From the NCBI GenBank assembly GCA_030431455.1, contig JAUIJE010000002.1:129294-193293 (forward strand): 64,000 nucleotides of DNA, written 5' to 3'. A model generated the notes under the pieces. It had not been told where the DNA came from. It saw nothing but the letters and a program-made list of their open reading frames with translations, and searched no databases. Within the stretch, counting starts at the first letter, position 1. The number at the start of each line of letters is the position of its first letter. The translations under genes and the position numbers were made by a program. Positions 49,001 through 57,491 of the stretch are shown here, one piece after another. The stretch is from a bacterium (GTDB taxonomy: Bacteria; Myxococcota; UBA727; JAUIJE01).

Positions 49001-49120
49001 CACGTCCTCGGCGATGTCGAGCTTGCTGTCCAAGAACGAATAGGCGACGAAGTCTGGGTGGGTCTCGGCCCGCCAGACCAAGAGTTCGGACAATGTCGCT
49101 GGACGTTCGGGCTCGGTCAT
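46049..49120 (-). CDS. Tri-functional fusion: fatty-acyl-AMP ligase (FAAL), acyl carrier protein, transmembrane segment and left-handed beta-helix (hexapeptide) acyltransferase.
   Basis: ATG 49120. FAAL motifs FLQYTSGSTGAPKGVMVTH and YRTGDLG. ACP FSTFGLDSVAAVQF (phosphopantetheinyl Ser). Three hydrophobic helices (AFFVLFFVTAGGAAAAAG...LLPVAYLLFLVVLIFLVGAAV). C-terminal hexapeptide repeats ...IKDNVVVHETAQIGDDVTIGSHAVIGAGAQVLTGATV. Confidence 0.8.
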   Translation of the reverse strand: MTEPERPATLSELLVWRAETHPDFVAYSFLDSKLDIAEDVTLAQLLDRASRVAGALHRAAPDAERVLLWHEAGIDFIVAFFGTLLAGKVPVPAYPPRGGRLDAESPALSIAQDARAGAISLDAALLAKLGTFPHALDAMAKVVLDESGAPYVAPPPAPDDVAFLQYTSGSTGAPKGVMVTHRNAFANQDMMCARFSFDDWEEPRPGAGWLPPYHDMGLLGMVLQSVFLPARFYFMTPTQFLRRPFRWLEAIAKYKARVTAGPNFAYQLCVDRIADEDVQKLDLSAWQSAICGAERVRADTLEQFVQKFAPAGLRPDVFLPCYGMAEATLFVSSAPPGTARTKSKDALALGTTVSAGLVAPGGVLVVADDEQRPVPDGTVGEVYYRGPNVARGYYGKPELSAETFGRTVHGHGDGYLRTGDLGAMCDGQLYIVGRKKNVLIVHGKNHAAEDVEHSARRALEAQGAPFTEVCAFSFVEDDQDRAALLIEAKWDADTAGRAFDAVAARLLQDCGFAPDALAVVGRVALPRTTSGKIRHLAAREQFEQGAFDIAHRRDAPRPAGPSAEKSREADDGLLAWLAAELGYAQSAISSDQPLSALGFDEIHLAQLCEDRGLDSAGFDLDQATVADLRTLPKKARASAPAGPASAPAPVGPASAPAAGGLEPFMIGWVAERLSRPADEVDPDAVFSTFGLDSVAAVQFVAALEEHIGRPIDITVAWDHPTIRQLAAHLGDAGAAPAVVRLSGDRPLFNDEGATASPEKGAVITDLAFFVLFFVTAGGAAAAAGSAWQWLAALVPSAIGYALLPVAYLLFLVVLIFLVGAAVRLLPPVSPGLYALSHKTTTAWGLRLMAQRILYLPLWRRTILGSNLLRYLALRALGARTSYFVRTATDAWILDPALLDLGRGVLLAAGSSVAGHLMGQSKLLLGRAELADGVQVQPNAYVSLDCKMGQDSVLGFRSVLCPHVRVGARTVIKDNVVVHETAQIGDDVTIGSHAVIGAGAQVLTGATVDDGAHIPAGAVVRPGP

Positions 49121-50028
49121 GCGGCGCGCGAGAGCTGCGCGTACTTGTCGAGCACCGGCGCGGCGTGCCGGGTGCGGGCAAACGCCCGGTGGGCGAGCAC
49201 CGCGCCGAGCCGCGCGGGGCGGTCGTGGTCGGGCACCCGGGGGGCGGCGTCGCGGCCGAGGTGGCGCTTGGCCACGTCGTCGGCCCAGGCCAAATACGCG
49301 CCCGCGTCGAAGAACTTCTCGAGCAGCTCGTGGGCAAAAAAGCGCGTCGCGAGGTCGCGCTCGCCGTCGGGCAAGGCCAGTGCCGACAAGTACGCAGAGT
49401 CGGTCACGATGTGTTGGGCTTCTTCCCGGCGGTGACAGGCGTGGGCGGTGAGCCAGCAGGGCTGGACCGGCTCTTTCATGTCGAGCAGCAGGTGGTGCAC
49501 CCGGACGGTGGCCTCTTCGAAAAAGAGAATGTCGAGCCACACCAAATAGTGAAAAGCGGCGGGGGGGAGCTTGTCCCCTTCGCCGAGGGCGAAGCGGCGA
49601 TTGGACAGCGTCGAGGTCGCTTGGTGCAGCCGGGCGGCCCAGTCCTCGTGCTGCTGCGCGAGCTTTTTCTGGTACCGGTTGAAGAGGGTGATGTGTTTGC
49701 CCTCTTCTTTGACCAGCGCGTCGAGGGCGATGCTCGGCCGCACGCTCGATTGTTGCTCGGCCACGAACCGCAAAATCAGCTTCTCGAGTTCGACAAACTC
49801 GCGGCACAGAAGCGTGGCTGCTCCCCATTGCAGCTCTTGGTCGGCGGCGGGCACCGCGCGGAACGGCCCCGGATCGATGCCCGCTTCGCGCAACAACACA
49901 TCGGGCACGTAGCGGCCGGGGGCATCAAACGCGTCCCAGGCCACGTCCTGTTCGAGGTCGAAGCGATAGCCGACATCCCGCGCGTCGAGGCGCTCGATGG
50001 GGGCCAGGTGGGGGTACAGACCGCTCAC
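49117..50028 (-). CDS. Putative di-iron oxygenase (AurF/ferritin-like four-helix-bundle family).
   Basis: Paired E...H motifs (EEGKHITLF; EEAQHIV; HELLEKF). Its stop overlaps the FAAL-fusion start (ATGA), so it is co-translated with it. Confidence 0.45.
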   Translation of the reverse strand: MSGLYPHLAPIERLDARDVGYRFDLEQDVAWDAFDAPGRYVPDVLLREAGIDPGPFRAVPAADQELQWGAATLLCREFVELEKLILRFVAEQQSSVRPSIALDALVKEEGKHITLFNRYQKKLAQQHEDWAARLHQATSTLSNRRFALGEGDKLPPAAFHYLVWLDILFFEEATVRVHHLLLDMKEPVQPCWLTAHACHRREEAQHIVTDSAYLSALALPDGERDLATRFFAHELLEKFFDAGAYLAWADDVAKRHLGRDAAPRVPDHDRPARLGAVLAHRAFARTRHAAPVLDKYAQLSRAA

Positions 50029-50092
50029 GCCCTCGTATATACAAGACGACCGCCGCCTCTCCTAGGCGGGGTCTTTTGTCCAGGAGCGCCGC

Positions 50093-51748
50093 GTGATCCC
50101 TCCGTCCCTTTTGCACACGCTCGGACAGGCTTCGCGCAAAAAAGAGGCCCAAGCCTTCATCCGCGATTGCGCGCAGCCGGACCTTGCCCAGCGCGCGCGG
50201 CTCGATTGGCTCCTGACCAACAACCAGGACACCGCGTTCGGCAAGCAGCACGGTTTTTCCGACATCCCTGACGCCCATGGCTATCGCGAGCGCGTGCCCC
50301 TCATGCGCCCGGCCGAGCTGCTGCCCTGGGTCGAGCGCCAAATGAAGGGCGAGCCCAACGTGCTCACCCGCGAAGACCCCGAGTACTTTGTGCGCACCAC
50401 CGGCTCGACCGGCGTGCCCAAACACGTGCCGATCACCCCCACCTACCGCACGGAGTTTCAGCGCACGGTGTTCTCGTCGGTGTGGCACATCTACCGCCGC
50501 TATCCCGCCGCGTTCAAAGGGCGCATCTTGTACTTCGTGGGCTCGCCCCAGCTCGACGTCACCGACGGGGGCGTGCCCATCGGGACCATGAGCGGCTACA
50601 ACTTTGTGAAGATGCCGGGGCTCGTGCGTGCGCTCTACGCCTGGCCGCCCGAGCTCTTTTCCGTCGCGGACCTGTCCACACGCAACTACATTGCCCTGCA
50701 CCTCGCGGCCACGTCCGGGGTCACGGTGATGGCGGGCATCTTTCCTGCCAGCGTGGTCTATCTGTTTCGCGACCTCGAAGAGCGCATCGAGCTGCTCGCC
50801 CACCACGTCAAAAAGGGCACCCTCCCTGACGAGCTCGTGCTCACCGACGCCCAGCGCGCGTTTTTTCAAAAACAGATTCGCCCCAGCAAAAAACACGGCG
50901 ACCGCCTCGCCCAAGCGGCCAAACAATCCCGGGGCGGCATCGTGCCCACCGTGCTCGACCAGCTCAAGCTCGCCTACTGCTGGACCACGTCGACGGCAGG
51001 CGCGTTTTTGCCCGAGCTGCGCGCCCACTTCGGTGACGAGATCATCATCCGCGACGCGATTTACTCGGCCTGCGAAGGGTGGTGCAACGTGCCCCTCGGC
51101 GAGCCCACCCCGGGCGGCCCCCTCGCGGTGCGGTCGCACTTTTTTGAGTTCATCCCCGAGGACAAGGCCGACGAGGACCAACCAGAGACATTGTTGGCCC
51201 AAGAGCTCGAGGTCGGCGAGCGCTACCTGATCGTGTTCTCCACCGCGGGGGGTGTCTACCGGTATCGTCTCGGGGACGTGGTCGAGGTCAGCTCGCGGTT
51301 TGAGCAGACCCCCGTCATCCACTTCGTGCGCAAGCTCGGCGCCGCCTGCAACCTGGTGGGCGAAAAACTCGAGGAGGTGCACGTGGCCCAGGCGGTGCGC
51401 GAGGTGTTCGGCGACGGGCTCACCTACTACGTGCTCGCCCCGCGCGCGGGCGACGTGCCCGGCTACGACCTTTACGTCGAGGGCGCATCCGACGGCGACT
51501 GGTCCGCGCGCACCGCCGCCATCGATGTGGCCCTCGGCAAAGCCGCCCCCGATTACGGGCGGCTCCGCCAAGGCCAAAGCCTCGGTCCGGTGCGCACCTT
51601 GGACGTGCCCGCGGGCACCTACCGCGCCGACCGGCAGCGGCTGAGCGATCTTGGCACCGCCGAGAGCCAGATCAAAACCGCGCACTTGGTCGACGACCAA
51701 GCGCGCGTGCCGGTGCTGGTCAAAGAACGCGCCGCGGTCCGCGCCTAA
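50093..51748 (+). CDS. GH3-family (auxin-responsive GH3-like) adenylate-forming acyl-acid amido synthetase.
   Basis: 551 aa. FVRTTGSTGVPKHVPIT is the ANL-superfamily P-loop. The length and the YRLGDVVEV, WSARTAAIDVAL regions fit bacterial GH3 proteins. Confidence 0.65.
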   Translation: MIPPSLLHTLGQASRKKEAQAFIRDCAQPDLAQRARLDWLLTNNQDTAFGKQHGFSDIPDAHGYRERVPLMRPAELLPWVERQMKGEPNVLTREDPEYFVRTTGSTGVPKHVPITPTYRTEFQRTVFSSVWHIYRRYPAAFKGRILYFVGSPQLDVTDGGVPIGTMSGYNFVKMPGLVRALYAWPPELFSVADLSTRNYIALHLAATSGVTVMAGIFPASVVYLFRDLEERIELLAHHVKKGTLPDELVLTDAQRAFFQKQIRPSKKHGDRLAQAAKQSRGGIVPTVLDQLKLAYCWTTSTAGAFLPELRAHFGDEIIIRDAIYSACEGWCNVPLGEPTPGGPLAVRSHFFEFIPEDKADEDQPETLLAQELEVGERYLIVFSTAGGVYRYRLGDVVEVSSRFEQTPVIHFVRKLGAACNLVGEKLEEVHVAQAVREVFGDGLTYYVLAPRAGDVPGYDLYVEGASDGDWSARTAAIDVALGKAAPDYGRLRQGQSLGPVRTLDVPAGTYRADRQRLSDLGTAESQIKTAHLVDDQARVPVLVKERAAVRA

Positions 51749-52329
51749 GGCAGCGCCGCGGCCTTGGCCTCCGCGCGGCGGAGGGCCCAGAACACAAAGC
51801 CCATGCACGCGATGAGCCCCACCACCGCGGGCACGATCACCGACGCGCCGGCATCGCCCGCGTTCTGTACGCTCCACGCGACCTTGCCGATGGCCATCAT
51901 CGCCATCACCGCGCCCCCGACGAGCTTGTTGCGTTTCCAAAACGCGAGGGCCAATAGGCCCAATGACAGCGGGGCGAGCAACGCCATGAACCCTTTGCTG
52001 AACGTCCACGTCCCGGTGAGCCAGTCCTTTTCAAACTGCAGAAACATTTTGACCTGTTCGCTCGCTTCGTCCGGCGCGGGGAACCAGAACATGCTGGTGA
52101 GGATGCCGAGCACCACCGCGGCGATGCCGGTCAGCGAACGTTTGTAGGCAAACCAGCAGAACGGAATGATGAACAGCGGCCGGATGAACCAGCTCAGCTG
52201 GTTTTCGTGCCGGGCGAACGCCCAATCAAAGAACGCCTCGCTGCTCGCCATCGCGATCACAAACCCGGCGCTCAACCCGAACAGCCCGGCGGCCACCGCG
52301 CGGTCCCGCGCCTTCTTCCTGTCGCCCAT
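51745..52329 (-). CDS. Hypothetical membrane protein (4-5 TM).
   Basis: Hydrophobic helices, W-rich (WFIRPLFIIPFCWFAY). Divergent from the TetR gene. Confidence 0.45.
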   Translation of the reverse strand: MGDRKKARDRAVAAGLFGLSAGFVIAMASSEAFFDWAFARHENQLSWFIRPLFIIPFCWFAYKRSLTGIAAVVLGILTSMFWFPAPDEASEQVKMFLQFEKDWLTGTWTFSKGFMALLAPLSLGLLALAFWKRNKLVGGAVMAMMAIGKVAWSVQNAGDAGASVIVPAVVGLIACMGFVFWALRRAEAKAAALP

Positions 52330-52464
52330 GTCCGCCTCCTGCCGGGCCAAACCGCTTGGTTTTCCGCCCGTTGTGCTCTATACCGACCATAGGTCGGTAA
52401 AGCCCTGGGGACAAGGAGATCTGCCCCCCTTGCTCAAATCCGAGACAATGCGGAGAGGACCGCG

Positions 52465-53127
52465 ATGGGACGGGTGCGCAAAAAACCGGAAGAACGCCGG
52501 GCCGAAATCGTGGACGCGGCTTTGACCCTGAGCGCGACCCGCGGGCTCCAGGACGTGAGCGTGGCCGACATCATCGCCACCGCGCAGGTGAGCAAGGGCG
52601 GCTTTTACCACCACTTCGCGTCCAAAGATGACGTGCTCCTGGCCGTGGTCGAGCGCCTCGCCGACGTGGCCCTGGCCAGCTTTGTGCTCGTGGCCCAAGA
52701 CCCCAAGCTGAGCGCCACCGAAAAGCTGCGCCGCATCCTGCACGACGGGCCCCGGCAAAAGCGCGCCGCCGTCGGTGACGAAGGGCTCGAAGCGGTGCGC
52801 CAGTCGCTCTTTTCCGACGAGGGGCTCGCGCTGCGCACGGCGTTGGTGCAGCAGACCATCAAAAAGACCGCGCCGCTTTTGCAGCGGGTGATCGACGAAG
52901 GGCGCAGCGACGGCAGCATGCCGCGCGCGGATGACGACGTGGCCCGCCGCATCTTGCTCTACGGCGCGGCCTTGACCAATGCCGCTGCGCTCGATCCGGG
53001 CGCGGACATGCGCGCGATGTTGACCGCCTACTGGCGCGACACCGCCCGGCTCTTGGGCATGGACGAGCACGCCCTCGACGACGAGGGCGCGCTCAGCGAC
53101 GCAGAGGACGCAACAGCTGCGCGATGA
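52465..53127 (+). CDS. TetR-family transcriptional regulator.
   Basis: RBS GGAGAGG. N-terminal HTH ...AEIVDAALTLSATRGLQDVSVADIIATAQVSKGGFYHHFASKDDVL. Confidence 0.85.
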   Translation: MGRVRKKPEERRAEIVDAALTLSATRGLQDVSVADIIATAQVSKGGFYHHFASKDDVLLAVVERLADVALASFVLVAQDPKLSATEKLRRILHDGPRQKRAAVGDEGLEAVRQSLFSDEGLALRTALVQQTIKKTAPLLQRVIDEGRSDGSMPRADDDVARRILLYGAALTNAAALDPGADMRAMLTAYWRDTARLLGMDEHALDDEGALSDAEDATAAR

Positions 53128-53950
53128 AGGTGCGGGGCGCAGGGTCGCTCACGCCCACGTCGAACGACCCCGTGTGCCAAGGCGCGCGCCAGGTGCCGAA
53201 CAACCGGTCCCAGACCACGAGGGCGGAGCCGAAGTTGGTGTCGGCGTGGGCGGGGTCTTTGCTGTGGTGGATGCGGTGGGACGCGGGCCCCATGAGCACG
53301 TGTTCGACCGGGCCGAGGCGAAAATCAATGTTGCTGTGATCGAGCTGGCCCACAAAGGTGTTGAGGGTGATGAACCAGAACACGACCTCGTCGGGCGCAC
53401 CCACCGCGACCAGGGGCAAAAACATGAACAGCGGCTGAAAGAACCGCTCGACCAGGTGCGAGCGCGAGGTCTTCCAGGCGCTCAAGCGGTCCACGTCGTG
53501 GTGCAGCTCGTGAAAACGCCAGAGCAGGGGCACGCGGTGGAGCAAACGGTGTTCGATGTAGCGGCCAAAGTCCGCCACCACGAAGACGAGCACCAGCTGC
53601 GCCCAAAACGGCCAGGTGAGCGGCCAGATGCCGCGGCCGGAGGTCGCGTCGAGCACCTGGCCGACGAGGAGCAGGCCCGCCCATTGGGCCACAAACGTGC
53701 CCGCCCGGGCGCCGCCCGCGGTGCCGAGCAACGCGTGGGCCGTGTCGTGCAGCATCTGACCGTCATTGCACAACCAGTCGCGGCGGTAGGGCAGCACGCG
53801 TTCGATGGCGATGAGGGTGCCGAACACCCCGAGGCTGACCACGAACAGGGCCAGGAAGGGGTCGATGAGGTCGCGCAGCCACATGGTCACGCAGGTGGCG
53901 AGCACGATGAGCACCCAAAATAGAGAATAGCGGACGACGAGACCGGCCAT
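53093..53950 (-). CDS. Fatty-acid hydroxylase / sterol-desaturase superfamily membrane di-iron enzyme.
   Basis: His boxes HRLLH, HELHH and HRIHH with 4 TM helices. Confidence 0.75.
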   Translation of the reverse strand: MAGLVVRYSLFWVLIVLATCVTMWLRDLIDPFLALFVVSLGVFGTLIAIERVLPYRRDWLCNDGQMLHDTAHALLGTAGGARAGTFVAQWAGLLLVGQVLDATSGRGIWPLTWPFWAQLVLVFVVADFGRYIEHRLLHRVPLLWRFHELHHDVDRLSAWKTSRSHLVERFFQPLFMFLPLVAVGAPDEVVFWFITLNTFVGQLDHSNIDFRLGPVEHVLMGPASHRIHHSKDPAHADTNFGSALVVWDRLFGTWRAPWHTGSFDVGVSDPAPRTFIAQLLRPLRR

Positions 53951-53953
53951 CGC

Positions 53954-55819
53954 TCAGCGCCGCAAACGGGTCAGGGCCCGGCCGAGCACCGACCGGGTGA
54001 GCACCACCCCGGCCTGCAGCCGGGTGGTGCGCTCGGGGCGCAGGGTGCCTTCGAGGTGTTTTTGCAGCGCGGCTTGGCGCTGGACCTTGCCCGACGAGGT
54101 CTTGGGGATGCTCCCGGGGGCGAGGGCCACGCAGGCGGCGTGCACCGAGAACCGTTCGTTGATCGCGGACTCGATGGCGCGACCGAGCGCGTCGTGTTCG
54201 TCCTCGGGGGTGCGGGTCTCGAAAAACACGTGCAGCTGCTCGTCCCCCGACACATTGTCGGACAGGCCCACCGCCACCGCGGTGCCTTTTTTGACCCCCG
54301 CTTGGTCGTTGACCAGGGCCTCGACCTCTTCGCCGCGGATGTTGCGGCCCCGCACCACGATGACGTTCTTCAGACGCCCGGTCACGAACAGCTCGCCCCC
54401 TTCGACAAAGCCGAGGTCGCCGGTGATGACCCAGCCGTCCTCGGTCACGGGCAGGTCCCCCGCGGTCACCGAGCTCAGCAGGTTGGGGCCGCCGGCTTGG
54501 ATGTGGCCGACCTCGCGCTCGTCGAGGATCGTGCCGTCATCGCCCACCACCCGCACCGCGGAGGTGGGCAACACCGGGCCACAGGACACGACCTCGACCC
54601 CGTCGGGATCGTCCTCCGCCACCCCCTCGTCGAGCCCGTCGCGGTTCACCCGGAGGGTACGCACCTTTTGCCCCGGCGCACACGCGCTCACCGCCACCGT
54701 GGCCTCGGCCAACCCGTAGGCGGGGGTAAACGCGTCGATGGAAAAGCCCGCGGGCCCAAACTTGTCGGCGAACTTGCGCAATGTATCTGCACAGATGAAC
54801 TCCGCGCCGTTGAGCATCATGCGCACCGAAGACAGGTCCAGGCTCTGCGCCTCCTCGTCGGAGATGCGCGCCACCGCGCGGGCGAACGCGAAGTTCGGCC
54901 CCATGGAGAACGTGGCCCGGGTCTCGGACATGGCGCGCAACCACACCATCGGATCGAGCATAAACGTCACCGGGGACATCAAGGTGAGCGGGAACTGCCC
55001 GAGCAGCGGACACATCAGCCCGCCCATCAACCCCATGTCATGGTAAAGCGGCACCCAGCACACCATCTTGTCCTCGGGCCCGACCCCGACCATGCGGCAG
55101 AGCCCATAGACATTGGCGATGACCGCCCGCTGGGAGATCTCCACCCCCTTGGGATCGGACGTCGACCCCGAGGTGAACTGCACAAACGCAATGTCGCTGG
55201 GCAAGACGTCCACCTGGGGCGTGCGCGGGGTCACCGCGTCGGCGGACAGGCCCCGCACCCAGCGCACGGTGGGCGCGGACAGCGCCACCTCCCCGAGCAC
55301 CGAGGTCAGCCGGGGGTCGGCCACGAGCATGGCCGCGTCGCAGGAGCGCGCGATGTGGCCGATGCGGGCCAAGCCTTGCTGCAGCTGGGCCAAGGCGGGC
55401 GGCGGGTAGGCGGGCACGGGCACGCCCCCGGCGAGCTGCACCCCAAAAAAGCCGATCACAAACTCGTGCGAGGTGGGCAGCACCAGCACCACGCGTTCGT
55501 GCTTTTTCAGGCCCGAAGCCCGCAGCTCGGCGGCGAAGCCGGCGGCGCGTTCGAGCAGGGCGCGGTAGCTCAGGAAGGTCTCGTCCTCGCCGTCTTCGCT
55601 GAGCACGGTGATGCCGATGTCGTCCCGCGCGCCGGCCGCGACCGCGGCCTCGAGCATGGTGGGGTGCGGCCAGCGGTCGTCGCGCGCACACACCAAACAC
55701 GCGCGGCGTCCGCGGCGATCGTCGATCAAGGGCGCGCGCTGCTCGATCCGCACGGGCGTGGGGCGGGCCGCACCCTGGGCGCGGGGCGCGGCGTCTGCGG
55801 GGGCGGAGACCGATTCCAT
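53954..55819 (-). CDS. Fatty-acyl-AMP ligase (FAAL, FadD32-like).
   Basis: FVQFTSGSTSDPKGVEISQ, YHDMGL, ITGDLG, KTSSGKVQR. The start is uncertain: ATG 55819, internal ATG 55657 (MLEAAV...) or a GTG. Confidence 0.8.
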   Translation of the reverse strand: MESVSAPADAAPRAQGAARPTPVRIEQRAPLIDDRRGRRACLVCARDDRWPHPTMLEAAVAAGARDDIGITVLSEDGEDETFLSYRALLERAAGFAAELRASGLKKHERVVLVLPTSHEFVIGFFGVQLAGGVPVPAYPPPALAQLQQGLARIGHIARSCDAAMLVADPRLTSVLGEVALSAPTVRWVRGLSADAVTPRTPQVDVLPSDIAFVQFTSGSTSDPKGVEISQRAVIANVYGLCRMVGVGPEDKMVCWVPLYHDMGLMGGLMCPLLGQFPLTLMSPVTFMLDPMVWLRAMSETRATFSMGPNFAFARAVARISDEEAQSLDLSSVRMMLNGAEFICADTLRKFADKFGPAGFSIDAFTPAYGLAEATVAVSACAPGQKVRTLRVNRDGLDEGVAEDDPDGVEVVSCGPVLPTSAVRVVGDDGTILDEREVGHIQAGGPNLLSSVTAGDLPVTEDGWVITGDLGFVEGGELFVTGRLKNVIVVRGRNIRGEEVEALVNDQAGVKKGTAVAVGLSDNVSGDEQLHVFFETRTPEDEHDALGRAIESAINERFSVHAACVALAPGSIPKTSSGKVQRQAALQKHLEGTLRPERTTRLQAGVVLTRSVLGRALTRLRR

Positions 55820-55852
55820 GGCCGGGCGAGTATAGCGACCGGGGGGGGCGGC

Positions 55853-57226
55853 TCAATGCCCTCCGTCCAGGGTGGCCAGCGCGGCCGCCAAGGCTGGGCG
55901 GAGGTCGCGTTCGTCGACGACCACATCGAGGTAGCCGTGTTGCGCGGCCTGGGCCAGGGGCGAACGCCCATCGACGGTGGCGTCCCCTTTGATCTGGTCC
56001 TGGGCGGGCTGGCCCATGCCCACCACCTGGGCGGTGGGCAGGCCGATGCGGTGCTGGGCGGAATAGGACAGCACCGTGCCCCCGCCGACGCTGCGGCGGA
56101 GGATGACGCTCACGTGCGGGACCGCAGCATCGGCGAACGCGCAGACCACGCTCGCCCCCGCGTGCAGGATGCCGCCTTGCTCCTGGTCGAGCCCCGGCAA
56201 AAAGCCGGGCACGTCGACGAGGGAGACGAGGGGCAGGCCGAAGCGGTCCGCGCGCCGGATGTGCCGCGCGAGCTTGTGCGACGCGGTCACGTCGAGGGCG
56301 CCGGCCTGGTGCAGGGACTGGTTGGCGAAGAAGGCCACGCCCCGGCCCGCGAGCCGGGCAAAGCCGACCACGAGGCTGCGGCCATAGTCCGGCTCGAACC
56401 GCACCACGCTCCCGTCGTCGAACAGCCCGGTGATGACCTTTTGCACGTCAAAGCCTTGGCGCAACGACGCGGGCACCAGGCCCCCCAAGGTCGTGGCCGG
56501 CGCCTTCGCGGCCGCGGGGGTGCGCAGGTCGATCAGGGTGCGCACAAGGGCGATGCCCGCCGCCTCGTCGTCGACCACCGCTTGCACCGCGCCGGTGTAG
56601 GCCGCGTGCATGGCCGGGCCCCCGAGCTCGTCGAGGTCGACCTGTTGCCCCCGGGCCTGGGCGGTGACGGTGGGCCCGGTCAAGAAGAGATGGCTTTGCT
56701 CGTCGACCATCACCAGCACGTCGGTGAGCACCGCGGCGTAGGCGGCGGCGCCCCCGCACAGGCCACATGCCAATGTCACTTGAGGCACGCGGTGTTTGGC
56801 CCGGGCCACCGCTTCGGTCCACTGGGGGTTGCCGAGCACCGCGGGCACCCCGTCTTTGACCCGCGCCCCCTGAGAATCCATCAGCGCGATCACCGGCCAG
56901 CCCGCGGCGGTGGCCTGCTCGACGAGGCGGGCGGTCTTCTCCGCCCCCGCGCGCGTCACCGCGCCGCGGTCCACCGTCCCGTCGTGGGCATACACCGCGA
57001 CGCGCTGGGCCCCGATGCGCCCCACGCCGCACACCACGCCCTCCCCGCCGTCGAGGTAGCGTTGCCGCTCGACGAATGTGTCTGCATCGAGCAGCGCATC
57101 GATGCGCGCCCGCGGCCCGCCCCGGCCCATCCGGGCGTGGCGGGTGCGCAACACCTCGTCGCCCGCCGCGGCGAGCTCCTGCTCGAGAGCGGCGAGGTCG
57201 GCGGCGGGATCGCGCGGCTCGCTCAC
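55853..57226 (-). CDS. Carboxyltransferase (AccD/PccB-like beta subunit of acyl-CoA carboxylase).
   Basis: Two carboxyl-transferase half-domains (…GGEGVVCGVGRIG…, …ALDVTASHKLARHIRRADRFGLPLVSLVDVPGFLPG…). The GTG start at 57226 overlaps the upstream ACP stop (GTGA). The upstream ORF extension is low-complexity. Confidence 0.7.
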   Translation of the reverse strand: MSEPRDPAADLAALEQELAAAGDEVLRTRHARMGRGGPRARIDALLDADTFVERQRYLDGGEGVVCGVGRIGAQRVAVYAHDGTVDRGAVTRAGAEKTARLVEQATAAGWPVIALMDSQGARVKDGVPAVLGNPQWTEAVARAKHRVPQVTLACGLCGGAAAYAAVLTDVLVMVDEQSHLFLTGPTVTAQARGQQVDLDELGGPAMHAAYTGAVQAVVDDEAAGIALVRTLIDLRTPAAAKAPATTLGGLVPASLRQGFDVQKVITGLFDDGSVVRFEPDYGRSLVVGFARLAGRGVAFFANQSLHQAGALDVTASHKLARHIRRADRFGLPLVSLVDVPGFLPGLDQEQGGILHAGASVVCAFADAAVPHVSVILRRSVGGGTVLSYSAQHRIGLPTAQVVGMGQPAQDQIKGDATVDGRSPLAQAAQHGYLDVVVDERDLRPALAAALATLDGGH

Positions 57227-57477
57227 GCCGCGGACTCGCTGCGCCGGGCCTGGATGAACGCCACCAGGTCCTTGACCGTGTCGAGGTCGCGGTAATCGTG
57301 CAGCTTGGCCTTGTAACCGAACCGCTTGTGCACAAAGAACACAAAGTCCACCACGTCGAGCGAGTCGAGCCGCAGGTCGCGCACAAAGGACGCCTCCGGC
57401 GTGACCTGGTCGGGCTGGGCCCGGAAGTTTTGCACCAGGATGTCGCGGACAGCGTCGAGAATCTCTTGGTCGGTCAC
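57223..57477 (-). CDS. Acyl carrier protein.
   Basis: 84 aa from GTG 57477 (GGAG 9 nt upstream). DLRLDSLDVVDFVF is the phosphopantetheine attachment motif. It is embedded as the tail of a junk track ORF. Confidence 0.65.
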   Translation of the reverse strand: MTDQEILDAVRDILVQNFRAQPDQVTPEASFVRDLRLDSLDVVDFVFFVHKRFGYKAKLHDYRDLDTVKDLVAFIQARRSESAA

Positions 57478-57491
57478 GGCGATCGGCTCCG

